A stretch of DNA of 64,000 bases from Macrostomum lignano (taxonomy: Eukaryota). Position 1 is the first letter of the stretch. Every line of letters starts with the position of its first letter. The stretch is taken from assembly GCA_002269645.1 (NCBI GenBank), contig NIVC01000031.1, forward strand, positions 1,302,001-1,366,000. Reading direction: 5' to 3'. The translations under genes were made by a program, and so were the position numbers. Of this stretch, positions 1 through 10,762 are shown one piece after another. Under the pieces are notes generated by a model, which worked only from the letters and a program-made list of their open reading frames with translations, had not been told where the DNA came from and did not search any database.

Positions 1-591
1 ATTGTTCAATTTTCATTTAGGCATGCACCTAGCATGATCTGAACTATTGATATTGCTCAATAATATAAAGCAGTGTCTTGGCTTAGTAATGGTTTAGTAA
101 GTTAGCAACAAGCACTGGTAGCATGGTAGTTTTATTATTTCTATGTTCTACCATTCTTATGACCTAAGTGCCATTCTGGTAGGCAAATTAATGGTACTTT
201 TGATAGAAGCACAATTTCTCAATCTCTACCTTATATCTTAAACCAAGCAAAAAGCTTGCCTCCTTACCATTCTTGCCATTGCCTCTCTTAGCTCCTGGCT
301 ACCTCATTCATTGTTTAAGAATTACTTTTGATTGAAACATTTAGGGTCCCAACCCAATTGCCAAAGACTAACAAGTTGAGCTACTAAACCTAAATTGACA
401 ACCAATCTTTTGTTTACAATAGACTAAACTTTCAGTTCACCCAAATAATTAGAACCCTTGTAACTTGAGCCATTATAGTCCATATAATATTTAGTCCAAG
501 AATAATTGTGGTACTATTAATATGTATGTTATACTTTCTATTGTAAATACATTTTTCTATCCTAATATTAATAACCCTTTTTGTTTTTCAG

Positions 592-1246
592 GTAAACAGC
601 TAGTGTCTGCTAAAATGGAAATGCTCCAAGAAATACAAAGAGCTAATCAAAGCCCTTCTATTCTTGTAAGTCCATTAGTTTCAACCATTTATTTTTCATT
701 GACAAATATTTCTAAGACTTGTTTTATTATTTATTTGCTTTAACTTTTATTTTAGGGCACAATCAAGACATCCAAGAATATCTATGATTCACAAGACCCA
801 TCTGAAAAACTGAAAATACATATCTGTATTAGATTTACTGGAACTGTTAAAAAAGTTGAATGCTTTCTAATTATTCATCAGTTTGATAAAACTAATTCTG
901 GAATTTCTGAATGCTATCTTGATAGTAAGCTATACCACAATCATGTTGGCATGATTGTCTTTGACTATACTCCAACTGATATGAAATGGTAAGATAATTT
1001 TTGGACTATTTAAACTATGTTGTTCGATTTTTTTCAATTGATTTTTCAATTCAATAGTCACAATTAATTATTTCTTTTTTAATATTTTAGTAATGAAATA
1101 AATGAGAACTTCTTTGTAACTATTGGAGAACGAGATGAGACAAGCTACTTGAAATATCAAGAGTTTATAACCCAGCTTGGCTATCCTGGTAAGTTTATTT
1201 TGTATCATATGCCAGTTAAAACTTTTATTAATAATAGGACCCACTT
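592..1246 (+). CDS. Partial spliced Rel-homology gene, copy A (end of RHD-N plus IPT domain); 5' exons unresolved
   Basis: Exons 592-665, 756-988 and 1091-1188 have AG/GT boundaries, consistent phases (1/0/2/1) and no stops; a possible last exon is 1238-1246. The peptide TSKNIYDSQDPSEKLKI...HNHVGMIVFDYTP resembles NF-kB p50 SDAIYDSKAPNASNLKI...HRQFAIVFKTP. Confidence 0.6.
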
Positions 1247-1440
1247 AATTCTTCCTGACCAGCATATAGCTTTCTGAAGCTGAAGCACCAGTGATAATTA
1301 TTTTTTATGAGCTTAAATTTTTCACAAAAAAGTATAGCTATAGTCCTTAAAAAGAATAAAATACATCCATATTAAAGTAAAATGATAAAAATATTAACTT
1401 TCTCTGCCAGTGACTAGGTTACATCTCTTTGATTCCTGAC

Positions 1441-1650
1441 CCACTCAGAAAAATTGTGTCCTTGAGCAAGACACAGCTCCACATTGCTTCAGTTCTCCTA
1501 GCTGTAAAATGGGTACTAGTTGGGGTAATTGAAGGTATGTGTGGCGACCCCCAGTCCTTGGACTGAACAGCCGTACGCAGCCTTCAGATGCGCCCGCACA
1601 ATAGCTGCGACTGAGCTGTCGGTTGCACATCTGCCTATTGGGGCACAAGT
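1441..1650 (+). mobile_element. 5'-truncated tRNA-derived SINE with CORE-like central domain
   Basis: GTGTCCTTGAGCAAGACAC...CTTCAGTT...CTGTAAAATGGG resembles the CORE-SINE domain; the body matches the copy at 1890-2197 in inverted orientation. Confidence 0.75.
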
Positions 1651-1889
1651 TCTCAGAATTCCATTAAAAAATCTTTCACATGAATCTGTCTGTATAACTT
1701 GTTCTTCATTGATTTTATTGCCTTCTTTGTCTTCTAATTTTCAGATTGCTACTCATCTTAAACATCAATTGGCATAAAAACTTAAATAGACTATCAGAAA
1801 CAGCAAACCCCCTACTGACTCTCGCTGTCAACCCTCTGGTAATCAAGATTTCACGACGAGTGACGGTGCTTTTGCATGCTCGTGGGCCA

Positions 1890-2197
1890 TTATAATAAAT
1901 ATAATAATTGATTACACCTGCCCCAATGGGCAGATGTGCAACCGACAGCTCAGCCGCAGCTATTGCGCGGCGCATCTGAAGGCTGCGTACGGCTGTTCAG
2001 TCAAGGACTGGGGGGTCGCCACACACCCTCAGTTACCCCAGCTATGCTGGCACCCATTTACGGCTTGGGGATGAACTGAAGCAATGCAGAGTTAAGTGTC
2101 TTGCTCAAGGGCACAAATTGTTCCGAGTGGGTTCGGGATTCGAACCCCCGACTTTCAAGTCACGAGTCCGACGCTCTGACCACTAAACTACAACCAC
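1890..2197 (-). mobile_element. Full-length tRNA-derived SINE with CORE-like domain
   Basis: On the minus strand: tRNA-like head with A box TAGTTTAGTGG and B box GGTTCGAATCC, then GTGCCCTTGAGCAAGACACTTAAC core, shared body and an ATT-rich tail. Confidence 0.85.
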
Positions 2198-2624
2198 CTT
2201 ACACTCGACGATTTGTCAGTTAACATATTTAGAATTGCAGTGCACAAAAGCAGGTGTTTCGTAAGTAAGAATGTCAAGTTTCTGTAAGTGGCATGACAGC
2301 AGTCTGCATTTTCTGTTTCACTGCCTCTTTCTTTGCCTGGTTTCTACTCATATAATCAGGCCTACACTGGGCCATGCTTGTCATTCCTGCTCTGGCTGTA
2401 AGATATCAAGGCAAAGACAAGCAAAACAGCACAATCATACACTCATCAATATGTTAAAGTTTTCACACCCAAAACCAGTTGGTCATCTTTTCTTAGATCT
2501 CACCCTCATGTAACACAACTCACACCACGCCCGTGGTTCTCGTCTTAATTAAACCCCAGTGTAGCTCAGTCCAGTGTCTATGGTATGTATAACGCTTTTT
2601 ATTTAATGGCGGGGCCAAGGATAT

Positions 2625-2654
2625 ATTTCACGGCCGGGCCGTGAAATCAGCTAG
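2625..2654 (+). mobile_element. Helitron-type 3' terminus (5' end not located)
   Basis: Perfect inverted repeat ATTTCACGGCC-G-GGCCGTGAAAT (2625-2647) followed by CAG-CTAG|T. Confidence 0.65.
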
Positions 2655-3583
2655 TGCAGAACAGCGCCTGGCTGAGCCACACTTAGGTTCAAGTATAATA
2701 ACCCCCCCCCCAGATTTGCTGTCTATGGCGTAAAGAATGGCTTCGGACTGGGCTTCTAGCATGGATGAAGGAATTACACAGAACAAAAACAAAACTATTT
2801 GTTGAATGGACAAAAGAATAGAATTTTTTATACAGACATCATAACTGCTTTCTTCCTCTGGGCCACGACGGCTTAAGGGAAAGAAATTAGCATTAAAACA
2901 AAAGGTTGTCTGTGTTTAATATACTACAGCATAGTATGTGCGTTAATCGTGACTTTGGAATTTCTCCCGCGTACAAGCTTCAGCCAGTAAGAACTGGGAC
3001 TATTATTAAATTAGAGCAGCCAGTAAAATTCATGGGGGGATATCCCAGTTTTTAGGAAGCCTTGACCATAGACTCTGTTTCAGACGAGCAATCCTTTCTA
3101 TTCCTTCATCCATTGCTTCTAGGCCTCGGCGAACCTCAGCCATTCTGTACGCCAAAGAAGCAAATCTGAGGGGGATGTTATTTTATGCGTAACTGTTAAC
3201 TGTTCAAAGTTTACTTTTTGTAGGGCAGTAATATAGCTTGTAAGAGCTACGAGTAGCTATATCAAGCATATTATCATTGATTGTATTTGTTAACGTATTT
3301 TCCAACCAAGTATTTGTACTTACAATTGGTCTTCACTACTCAACAATCATGCCTTACTATTTTTCTATCCGCAAATACAGGACTGCAAAGTTCAATCAAG
3401 CCAAAGCCAAGTTCAAATCCATACTCCCTACAACTGAAACTGCTGTGTCGTTACCAGCTACACAGCAATGGCAATACTGACAAGTGGCATTGGGCTGAGT
3501 TTTCATCAGAAGCCCTGGTCTGTAAGTGTTTAAAGTAAATCGTAGCTATAAGTGTTACAGGGGTGTTTATCTATAGTTTAATC

Positions 3584-4106
3584 CGCTTCCGGACATTTGC
3601 CCTCCGGCACTTCCCCTCCGGCACTTGCCCTCCGGCACTTCCCCTCGGCGGCGTTTGCCCTCCGGACATTTGCCCTCCGGGACATTTCCCCTCCGGACAT
3701 TTGCCCTCCGGACATTTCCCCTCGGGGACATTTGCTGTTAAAAAGTTGATGAAAACCGTTATATTAATAAATAAAACAATAATACCGTTAAGAAAAACTT
3801 AAAAGTGTCTCAAAAGCTTAAGACTTTAGACTTTTCTCTCGTAATTCTTGTACATTTGTGTACATGTACTTACTTGTTTGAACACACACTGAAGGGAAAT
3901 TTTTTTGTTTCATGATTGTGGAGAAATTTCATTTCCAGAGGGGAAATGTCTTGAGGGCAAACGTCCGGAGGGCAAATGTCCGGAGGGCAAATGTCCCCGA
4001 GGGCAAATGTCCGGAGGGGAAATGCCGGAGGGCAAATGTCCGGAGGGCAAATGCCGGAGGGCAAATGTCCGGAGGGCAAATTCCGGAGGGCAAATGTCCG
4101 GTAGCC
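3584..4106. mobile_element. Mutator/foldback-like MITE with minisatellite-built TIRs
   Basis: Ends CGCTTCCGGACATTTGCCC and GGGCAAATGTCCGGTAGCC; ~150-bp arms made of GGACATTTGCCCTCC repeats; exact 9-bp TSD AGTTTAATC at 3575-3583 and 4107-4115. Confidence 0.9.
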
Positions 4107-4786
4107 AGTTTAATCTCACTGTTTGTCACCAATTCTGTTGTGGGGTCGGAGGTTACTGGGGAATTTCGGAAGTTTCTTGGGGATTTGGGGAAAATACGCA
4201 AATTCTATTACTGAAAGAAGTATGCTTATTGTAACTCCCGGAGCGTGGAAGTGTCCGAGCGGCAAGACACTGTCTATATTAACTTAAACTAATCCAAGGG
4301 AGGGCTACGCGATGGATCGGAGTTGCCTGAGAAACGGGGCGCACTATAGGGGAATCTTAATAGCTAGTAGGGAATGCTGACATGGTGGGGGATGCGCTTA
4401 ATAGGGAATTAGATAAGGGCAGAGCGCCTAATGGTTGCCTAATAGTTGGGAGCTAAATGGTTAGGGAATGCCTAATGGGATAGGGAGACAAAGTAAATGA
4501 TATTAAGGGAAGGGTCTGTAGATAGGCTAAGGCCTGAGCAAACAGTGCGCCTGGATGGGGAGTTGGCAAATCGCCAGGTTAACCAGAGATCTGGGAAAGA
4601 GGGGGGAAGGCAACACGCCTGTCCAACTGATAAAGGGAAGGGGAGGGGTTTAGGATAATTACTAGGGAAGAGACTGTACGTTCTCTTGGGGAGAAGGGGA
4701 AAGGCTGTACGCTTATAGCTAAACAAAACCTTTGGGGGAGAGAGAAGGCCTTCAAAGAAATGACACAGAGTCAGATCTATTTTTAG

Positions 4787-6514
4787 AACAACTGTTCGAT
4801 TAAAACCTTTGCTAGACTAACAGAAAGTGCTAGGCAAGGAGTATACTCTCCTGTCAATTATTTCGCTTATATTTAAATGATTTTCAGCAAAAATGGCGGT
4901 CACATTCAAACAAAATTTCCGCTAGGTAACATACTTACTAGTATTAATGGCACGTGAGTATTTATGGCTAAGAAAATAATATTTTACGCTTATAGATGTC
5001 AAATTTTTTATCAAGAACAAAATTTGTGCGTAAAAGAAAGGCAACGTGAATACAGCTATTAATGATGTGCATGATTATCAGAGTACCTGCCACATAAGGT
5101 GTTTTTTAACTTGAAGTTTTGAGCTACTATTGACAATATGAATCGAATTGTGCCCGATTGTAGACTTGCCGAAGCCTCCAACTGTATCGGATGTTCAACC
5201 ATACGATATTACACTTAAAAATGGGGATATCGTTGAAGTACTGGTACATTTTAGTCGGCCTATAATTACTGGTGAGTGTTCGTTTTGAGCTGTTGAGTAT
5301 AGTAAAATAGCCTGCACTGAATCCCTTTCCCTCTGCCTTAGCCAACATGGAACCAATTTATGACGCCAATTCTATTTTAAGCATAAGCCGGAGCACATGC
5401 TAGTACGCTCGTACCAATTCGGCAGGCATTGAGAACACGTGCGATTTTTATAGCATTCCGTACCTCAGTTCAGTTCTGAAAATGTGCGTTTTTTTACCTA
5501 TTTTATGCCATCACAACTCTGAAAATTCATACTGGAGCACACAGATTGTCGGTGACCAAGTTAATAGTTAAAAAATTGGTAAAATATCTTGCTTGGCTTT
5601 AACCACTTCGTAGACTAGCTCAAGCCCATAGATCTTATATTCCCTAGATAGGCCACTTTGTATTGCGGCAATAGGAAAAGCGCGACCGCTGTTTTTCGTC
5701 ACTTGTGCGAAAAAAGCCGACGGGTTGTTTCCATTTTGAGTTCAGTAGCTTAAAGACATAGACGCTATTTTTTGAGAATTGAATAAAACTTCTCATGAAT
5801 TAAATAAAAAGCTACTCACTTAAACTAATAATGATGAATTCACATGAATTCACTGCAGAAACTACTGACGAAATTGAGTTCAGTAGTTTATTTTCGCGCT
5901 GTCGCGAGATGCATGTGAAATTGCCCCCATGTGACTTTTGGGCCTTTCTACAGTTGACAGAGCGTCTGGCTGGGCATGGACAAGCCCCGTTGCCAAAACT
6001 TTTTTGCAGATATGCAGTATGTCAATGTCATTCACTCATTGGTTTTTAAAAAGAATATGCTCGTAAAAACTTGTTAACGTTTTAGATTACGACAATCTCA
6101 CTGGCGTCACGCTAACCAGCTCGGATAAAGTATCTCTGGTCAATTTCGAACTCAATGGGGTAATTTTTTATTTTAATTTCTAACCCAGAATTAAGTGAAG
6201 GAAATAAAAGACAAATAAATAAAATAAAGTTGTCTTTATCTTTAAATCTATTTTAGCACCGACTTCGCCTAAAACTGACAAAATGCACCGACAACCATCA
6301 GGAATTTACAAACGTCGAACGCTTTTTTGTCACTATCTGTCTCCATGGCAACAGTAATGGAGTCGAATGGAAAGATATCCAGTCGACAATCATTATTCAA
6401 CTGCCAATGGATCCAATTTGGACCAGCGGCAGTTCGTCGGCGATTGTCGCTCCGCCAAGCTTGCGGGACCGGCGCAACAGACCGGTGGCTGATCTGGACG
6501 CCAGCTTCATCTGA
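4787..6514 (+). pseudogene. Rel-homology paralog, copy B, probably decayed
   Basis: Open exons 5859-6016 (phase 1 to 0) and 6257-6514 (phase 0 to stop). The last exon RLRLKLTK...ERFFVTICLHGNSN matches copy C LLKLQLTK...EQFMAKLCLTKESN. The upstream block 4996-5271 (ICA*KKGNVNTAI...IRCFL...ELCPIVDLPKPP, GTGAGT donor at 5272) is RHD-like but has in-frame stops at 5031, 5112 and 5139. The 5' limit is tentative. Confidence 0.5.
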
Positions 6515-6946
6515 TGCTGGCCAACTGTTCGGCCAAGTTTCGTTTCTGGAAAATGTCAGAGAGGCAATGACATCGCCTTTCTGTTTTTTTTTCGGTATAA
6601 TTTGTATCATTTGCTTTCTGCTTGTTTATTAAAATCAAGCCTCATCTTGCTTAATAATTTTTTAACATTATTCAGAAGGGCAATTACACCGCCTTCCTGT
6701 TTAATCTTTTGTTAAAAGTATTGTAATCTCGGTGTTACTTTCTTATCTGTAAAAAAATAAAATATTGTTTGATATGAAAAAATATACATCCAGGCTGAAT
6801 CCAATTTTGATGTACATATGAAAAAAATAGAATAGAAAGAATTTCTTTGTATATATTTAATTTATAGTAACATTAATTTGATGATGCTATTAATACAGAT
6901 GTGATCGTAGGGGATACATGTAGACTAACAGGTCAACAGAGGCAGG

Positions 6947-9900
6947 CTAATCCTGTCTAGGCCTTTTCGCTCGATTGTGCAAAGAAGGTGTTTTTAGCTG
7001 ATTCAGGTAGATAAACCGTACATCCACGCTGGAAGTTAATCTTCCAGAAGAATTGCTCTCTTTGGTCAAGCAGAGCTTTGCCATGAACTGCTCCTCGGGG
7101 AGATTCGCTATGGTGTCTTGGACTTCCAATTTGGTTAGTTGCAACTTCAAAAGATTCTACAATAATGCGAGGAAGTTTAAACTGAAATCTGTCAAAATAG
7201 GCTACATACGCAAGATGGGGGTGATTCCTATGGGATTAGATACATATATAGAGGCGATCATGGATTAGATTACTGGTGGCCTTACACGCTGTACTTCCAC
7301 TGGAATAGATACTTCCACAGACAATGGATTAGCTGTTGCAGCGCTGGTGCATGGTACCAGTAGTTGAGCAGATATCGTCTCCGATTTCTTTTCTGAAATA
7401 AGTAGAATATAAATATGAATTATATAGTACTTTCAATAAATTTAAGCGAAATAAGCCTTTTTTATCAGTTAACTAACTAATATCAGCTTCGAGCTGCACC
7501 CAGATGTCTGACGTCATCGGATATTGCAAGTCGCGCTTAAGATAGACGCAAACTGGATTGAATGCTTTGACACCAAACGATTTGCCACCGTCACTGCCTG
7601 ATTGGCCTGTGGGTTGTAAATGTATCATTTGTCATGCCATTGGTTTGGTGACAATCACTGACCATCTGAATAATTCCCTACAGAATCGCTGAGCATCTGA
7701 ATAATTGCCCCCACAGAATCGCTGACCATCTGAATAATTCCCTACAGAATCGCTGACCATCTGAATAATTCCCTACAGAATCGCTGACCATCTGAATAAT
7801 TCCCCTACAGAACCGGTGACCATCTGAATAATTCCCCTCTATACAATCGCTGACTATCTGAATAATTCTCCTGTGGAATCGCTGACCATCTGAATAATTC
7901 CTATGCAGAATCACTGATCATTTGAATAATTCCCCTTTACAGAATCGCTGACCATCTGAATAATTCCCCTCTATACAATCGCTGACCATCTGAATAATTC
8001 TCCTGTGGAATCGCTGAACATCTGAATAATTCCCCTACAGAACCGGTGACCATCTGAATAATTCCCCTCTATACAATCGCTGACCATCTGAATAATTCTC
8101 CTGTGGAATCGCTGACCATCTAAATAATTCCCATCTACAGAATCACTGACCATCTGAATAATTCTCCTCTGCAGAATCGCTGATCATCTGAATAATTCCC
8201 CTCTACAGAATCGCTGACTATCTGAATAATTCCCCTCTACACAATCGCTGACCATCTGAATAATTCCCCTCTATACAATCGCTAACCATCTGAATAATTC
8301 CCCTCTACACAATCGCTGACCATCTGAATAATTCTCCTCTGCAGAATCACTGATCATTTGAATAATTCCCCTTTACAGAATGGCTGACCATCTGAATAAT
8401 TCTCCTGTGGAATCACTGACCATCTGAATAATTCCTATGCAGAATCACTGACCATCTGAATAATTCCCCTCTACACAATCGCTGACCATCTGAATAATTC
8501 TCCTCTGCAGAATCACTGATCATTTGAATAATTCCCCTTTACAGAATGGCTGACCATCTGAATAATTCTCCTGTGGAATCACTGACCATCTGAATAATTC
8601 CTATGCAGAATCACTGACCATCTGAATAATTCCCCTCTACAGAATGGCTGACCATCTGAATAATTGTTAACTAGAGAATTCATGTGACAAGTAAAGTTAG
8701 TTCAAAACTCACACAAAATTGGTTCGGAAATGGCATAGGAGTTCAGAACCATTTGAATATCATCCGGAACGAAGGCGAACAGAAGTCGCACGCTTTGCTG
8801 GACTTCTTTAAGAGGATCAACGGACAATGGACCGGAACTTTCGTCATTCGGGTTGTCTATGGATAAAAGGTACATTTAAAAGTACATTTGCAGTATCTGT
8901 GTAATAGTAATTGCTATGGTATAGCTTATACAAAAAGTAAGCAAAACTTACGAAACATTCTGCGCAGATTACGTGAGTTACACTGAGAATCTTCAGATGA
9001 ATTAAACAGTTCGTTAAGCATTTTAGCCTTTTGATCGACACTTTTTAGAACGTCACAGTTTTTACACTTTACAATCCCGATTTTATTGAATCTGAAATGT
9101 TAAAACCATGCGTTATAATGTTATAAATGTATACTGTTAATAAATTTTACATTTTACAAATGGAATGACCGTTAAACAGTTGATGAGACGAAGAAATAGA
9201 CAAAGGATTTTGACAAAATGTACAGATAGATTAGAGACAGACAGACGTGATACGATAAAGACAGACACTCAAATAGACAGACAGACACAAGCAGATGGAC
9301 AACAAAACAGACAGGTAAGGCAAGCAGACGGACAGACAAAGACAAGTAAGCAAGCAGACGGACAGACAAAGACAGGTAGGCAAGCAGACGGACAGACAAA
9401 GACAGGTAAGCAAGCAGACGGGCAGACAAAGACAGGCAAGCAAGCAGACGGACAGACAAAGACAGGCAGGCAAGCAGACGGACAGACAAAGACAGGTAAG
9501 CAAGCAGACGGACAGACAAAGACAGGTAAGCAAGCAGACGGACAGACAAAGACAGGTAAGCAAGCAGACGGACAGACAAAGACAGGTAAGCAAGCAGACG
9601 GACAGACAAAGACAGGCAGGCAAGCAGACGGACAGACAAAGACAGGCAGGCAAGCAGACGGACAGACAAAGACAGGTAGGCAAGCAGACGGACAGACAAA
9701 GACAGGTAGGCAAGCAGACGGACAGACAAAGACAGGCAGGCAAGCAGACGGACAGACAAAGACAGGCAGGCAAGCAGACGGACAGACAGACATTAAGATG
9801 AACGCACAGACAAGGCCATATCGTGACTTACAAAACAGGGATGCTAGTTTCACTTTTTGGCAGCTTGATTTTCTGTCGATAGACACCTGCTGTTGGGCAG

Positions 9901-10762
9901 CAGTAGTCGCCCTTCAAATTCCAAGGATGCACTTTTAATGGCGGCTCGCCAAAGATAGTGCCATTGGTATCAACCAGCAGCACAATCAGCTCTCCATAAA
10001 CATCGAATTCGCGCTGATATCCATCAGTCAATTCCAATGCAATCTTAATAAATTCACCTTGACCATTGTCGTTCCGACCTTTCAGCAAACTTCCAACTGC
10101 CTTGGAGCTGCCTCGTCTAATAAAGTCATTAATCTCGCCATCAGATCGATGGCGATAGGATGATACAGGTTGGTTACTGACTGTGATTTTCACCTTTGGC
10201 CATGGTTGCTGCTGCTGTTCGGCCTATAAAGTGGATAATGAAATAAAGAGCTATTAGTAAGACTGCAATTGTCTGACTAATTTAAAACTGATGTTGATAT
10301 AAAAATTATTAAGGACTTAAATTCGAAAAAAATTCCTCATCTTGTCAAACTAATTTTAGAATAAAAATGAGTATAAAATGAGTACATTTTTAAAGAGATT
10401 TTTTTTTACTTTCAAGAATATTAGCAATACAAATAAACAATACATAAATTTATAATTGATCTGCAACTGTTGCATTTAGCTTCATTATTTATTATCAAGT
10501 AAAGCAGAATACACAATGAAAATATATTAAAATAAGAATTACCCCATACTCAGGCTGGTTTTGTAGAAAATCTCCAGTGCTATTAACACCTTGGTCAGTC
10601 TAAAAAAGTTTTACAAGTAAAAAAATTAAGACAATAAATTTAATTAAATGTTGTTAAAATCAACAACAATCAAGATCTTACGAAGCTTTCAATAAACCTA
10701 TTTGGGTCAGCTATCAACTTATCCACTTCTGATCTATTGCTATAATTGTTTTGTGCCATCAT
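6947..10762 (-). CDS. Complete Rel-homology (NF-kB/Rel/NFAT-family) transcription factor gene, copy C, 419 aa: RHD-N + IPT + terminal NLS
   Basis: Eight exons: 10762-10682, 10599-10543, 10223-9832, 9091-8952, 8856-8713, 7606-7478, 7392-7286, 7156-6947. All introns are GT-AG with matching phases, giving 1260 nt with no internal stop. Collinear RHD motifs: NQPVSSYRHRSDGE (RelA EQPKQRGMRFRYKCEG), VHPWNLKGDYC (PHPHELVGKDC), FNKIGIVKCK (FQNLGIQCVKK), SVRLLF...AISEPIL (AVRLCF...VLSHPIF), VRFIYL...KRPR (MEFQYL...KRKR). Confidence 0.87.
7653..8665. repeat. Intronic minisatellite, ~30-33-bp unit (CTGACCATCTGAATAATTCCCCTACAGAATCG), ~31 copies
   Basis: Visible tandem repeat inside intron 5 of the Rel-like gene. 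Confidence 0.97.
9290..9790. repeat. GACA-derived 30-bp minisatellite (CAAGCAGACGGACAGACAAAGACAGGTAGG)
   Basis: About 16 tandem units in intron 3 of the Rel-like gene; explains the ORFs at 9165-9938. Confidence 0.97.

Noticed and set aside
120-460. RIP-like C-to-T hypermutation producing the stops in Rel copies A and B
   Set aside because: Stop density is about what random AT-rich DNA gives, and no intact close relative is available to polarise the changes.
2120-2197. tRNA gene (also 23706-23770, 33829-33885, 50145-50215)
   Set aside because: No complete cloverleaf; each continues into a SINE body or sits within a larger repeat.
6957-7392. Alternative two-exon model (KRNRRRYLL.../FQFKLPR...)
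   Set aside because: It is phase-consistent but has no recognisable motifs; the other frame gives the IPT end plus NLS and fits the upstream exon phases.
9165-9938. Long repetitive ORFs here and at 35226-36040, 43220-44143, 44507-46965, 51088-51429, 56933-57402 and 57968-58294
   Set aside because: They are translations of tandem repeats, often open in several frames and on both strands, and most lie inside introns of real genes.
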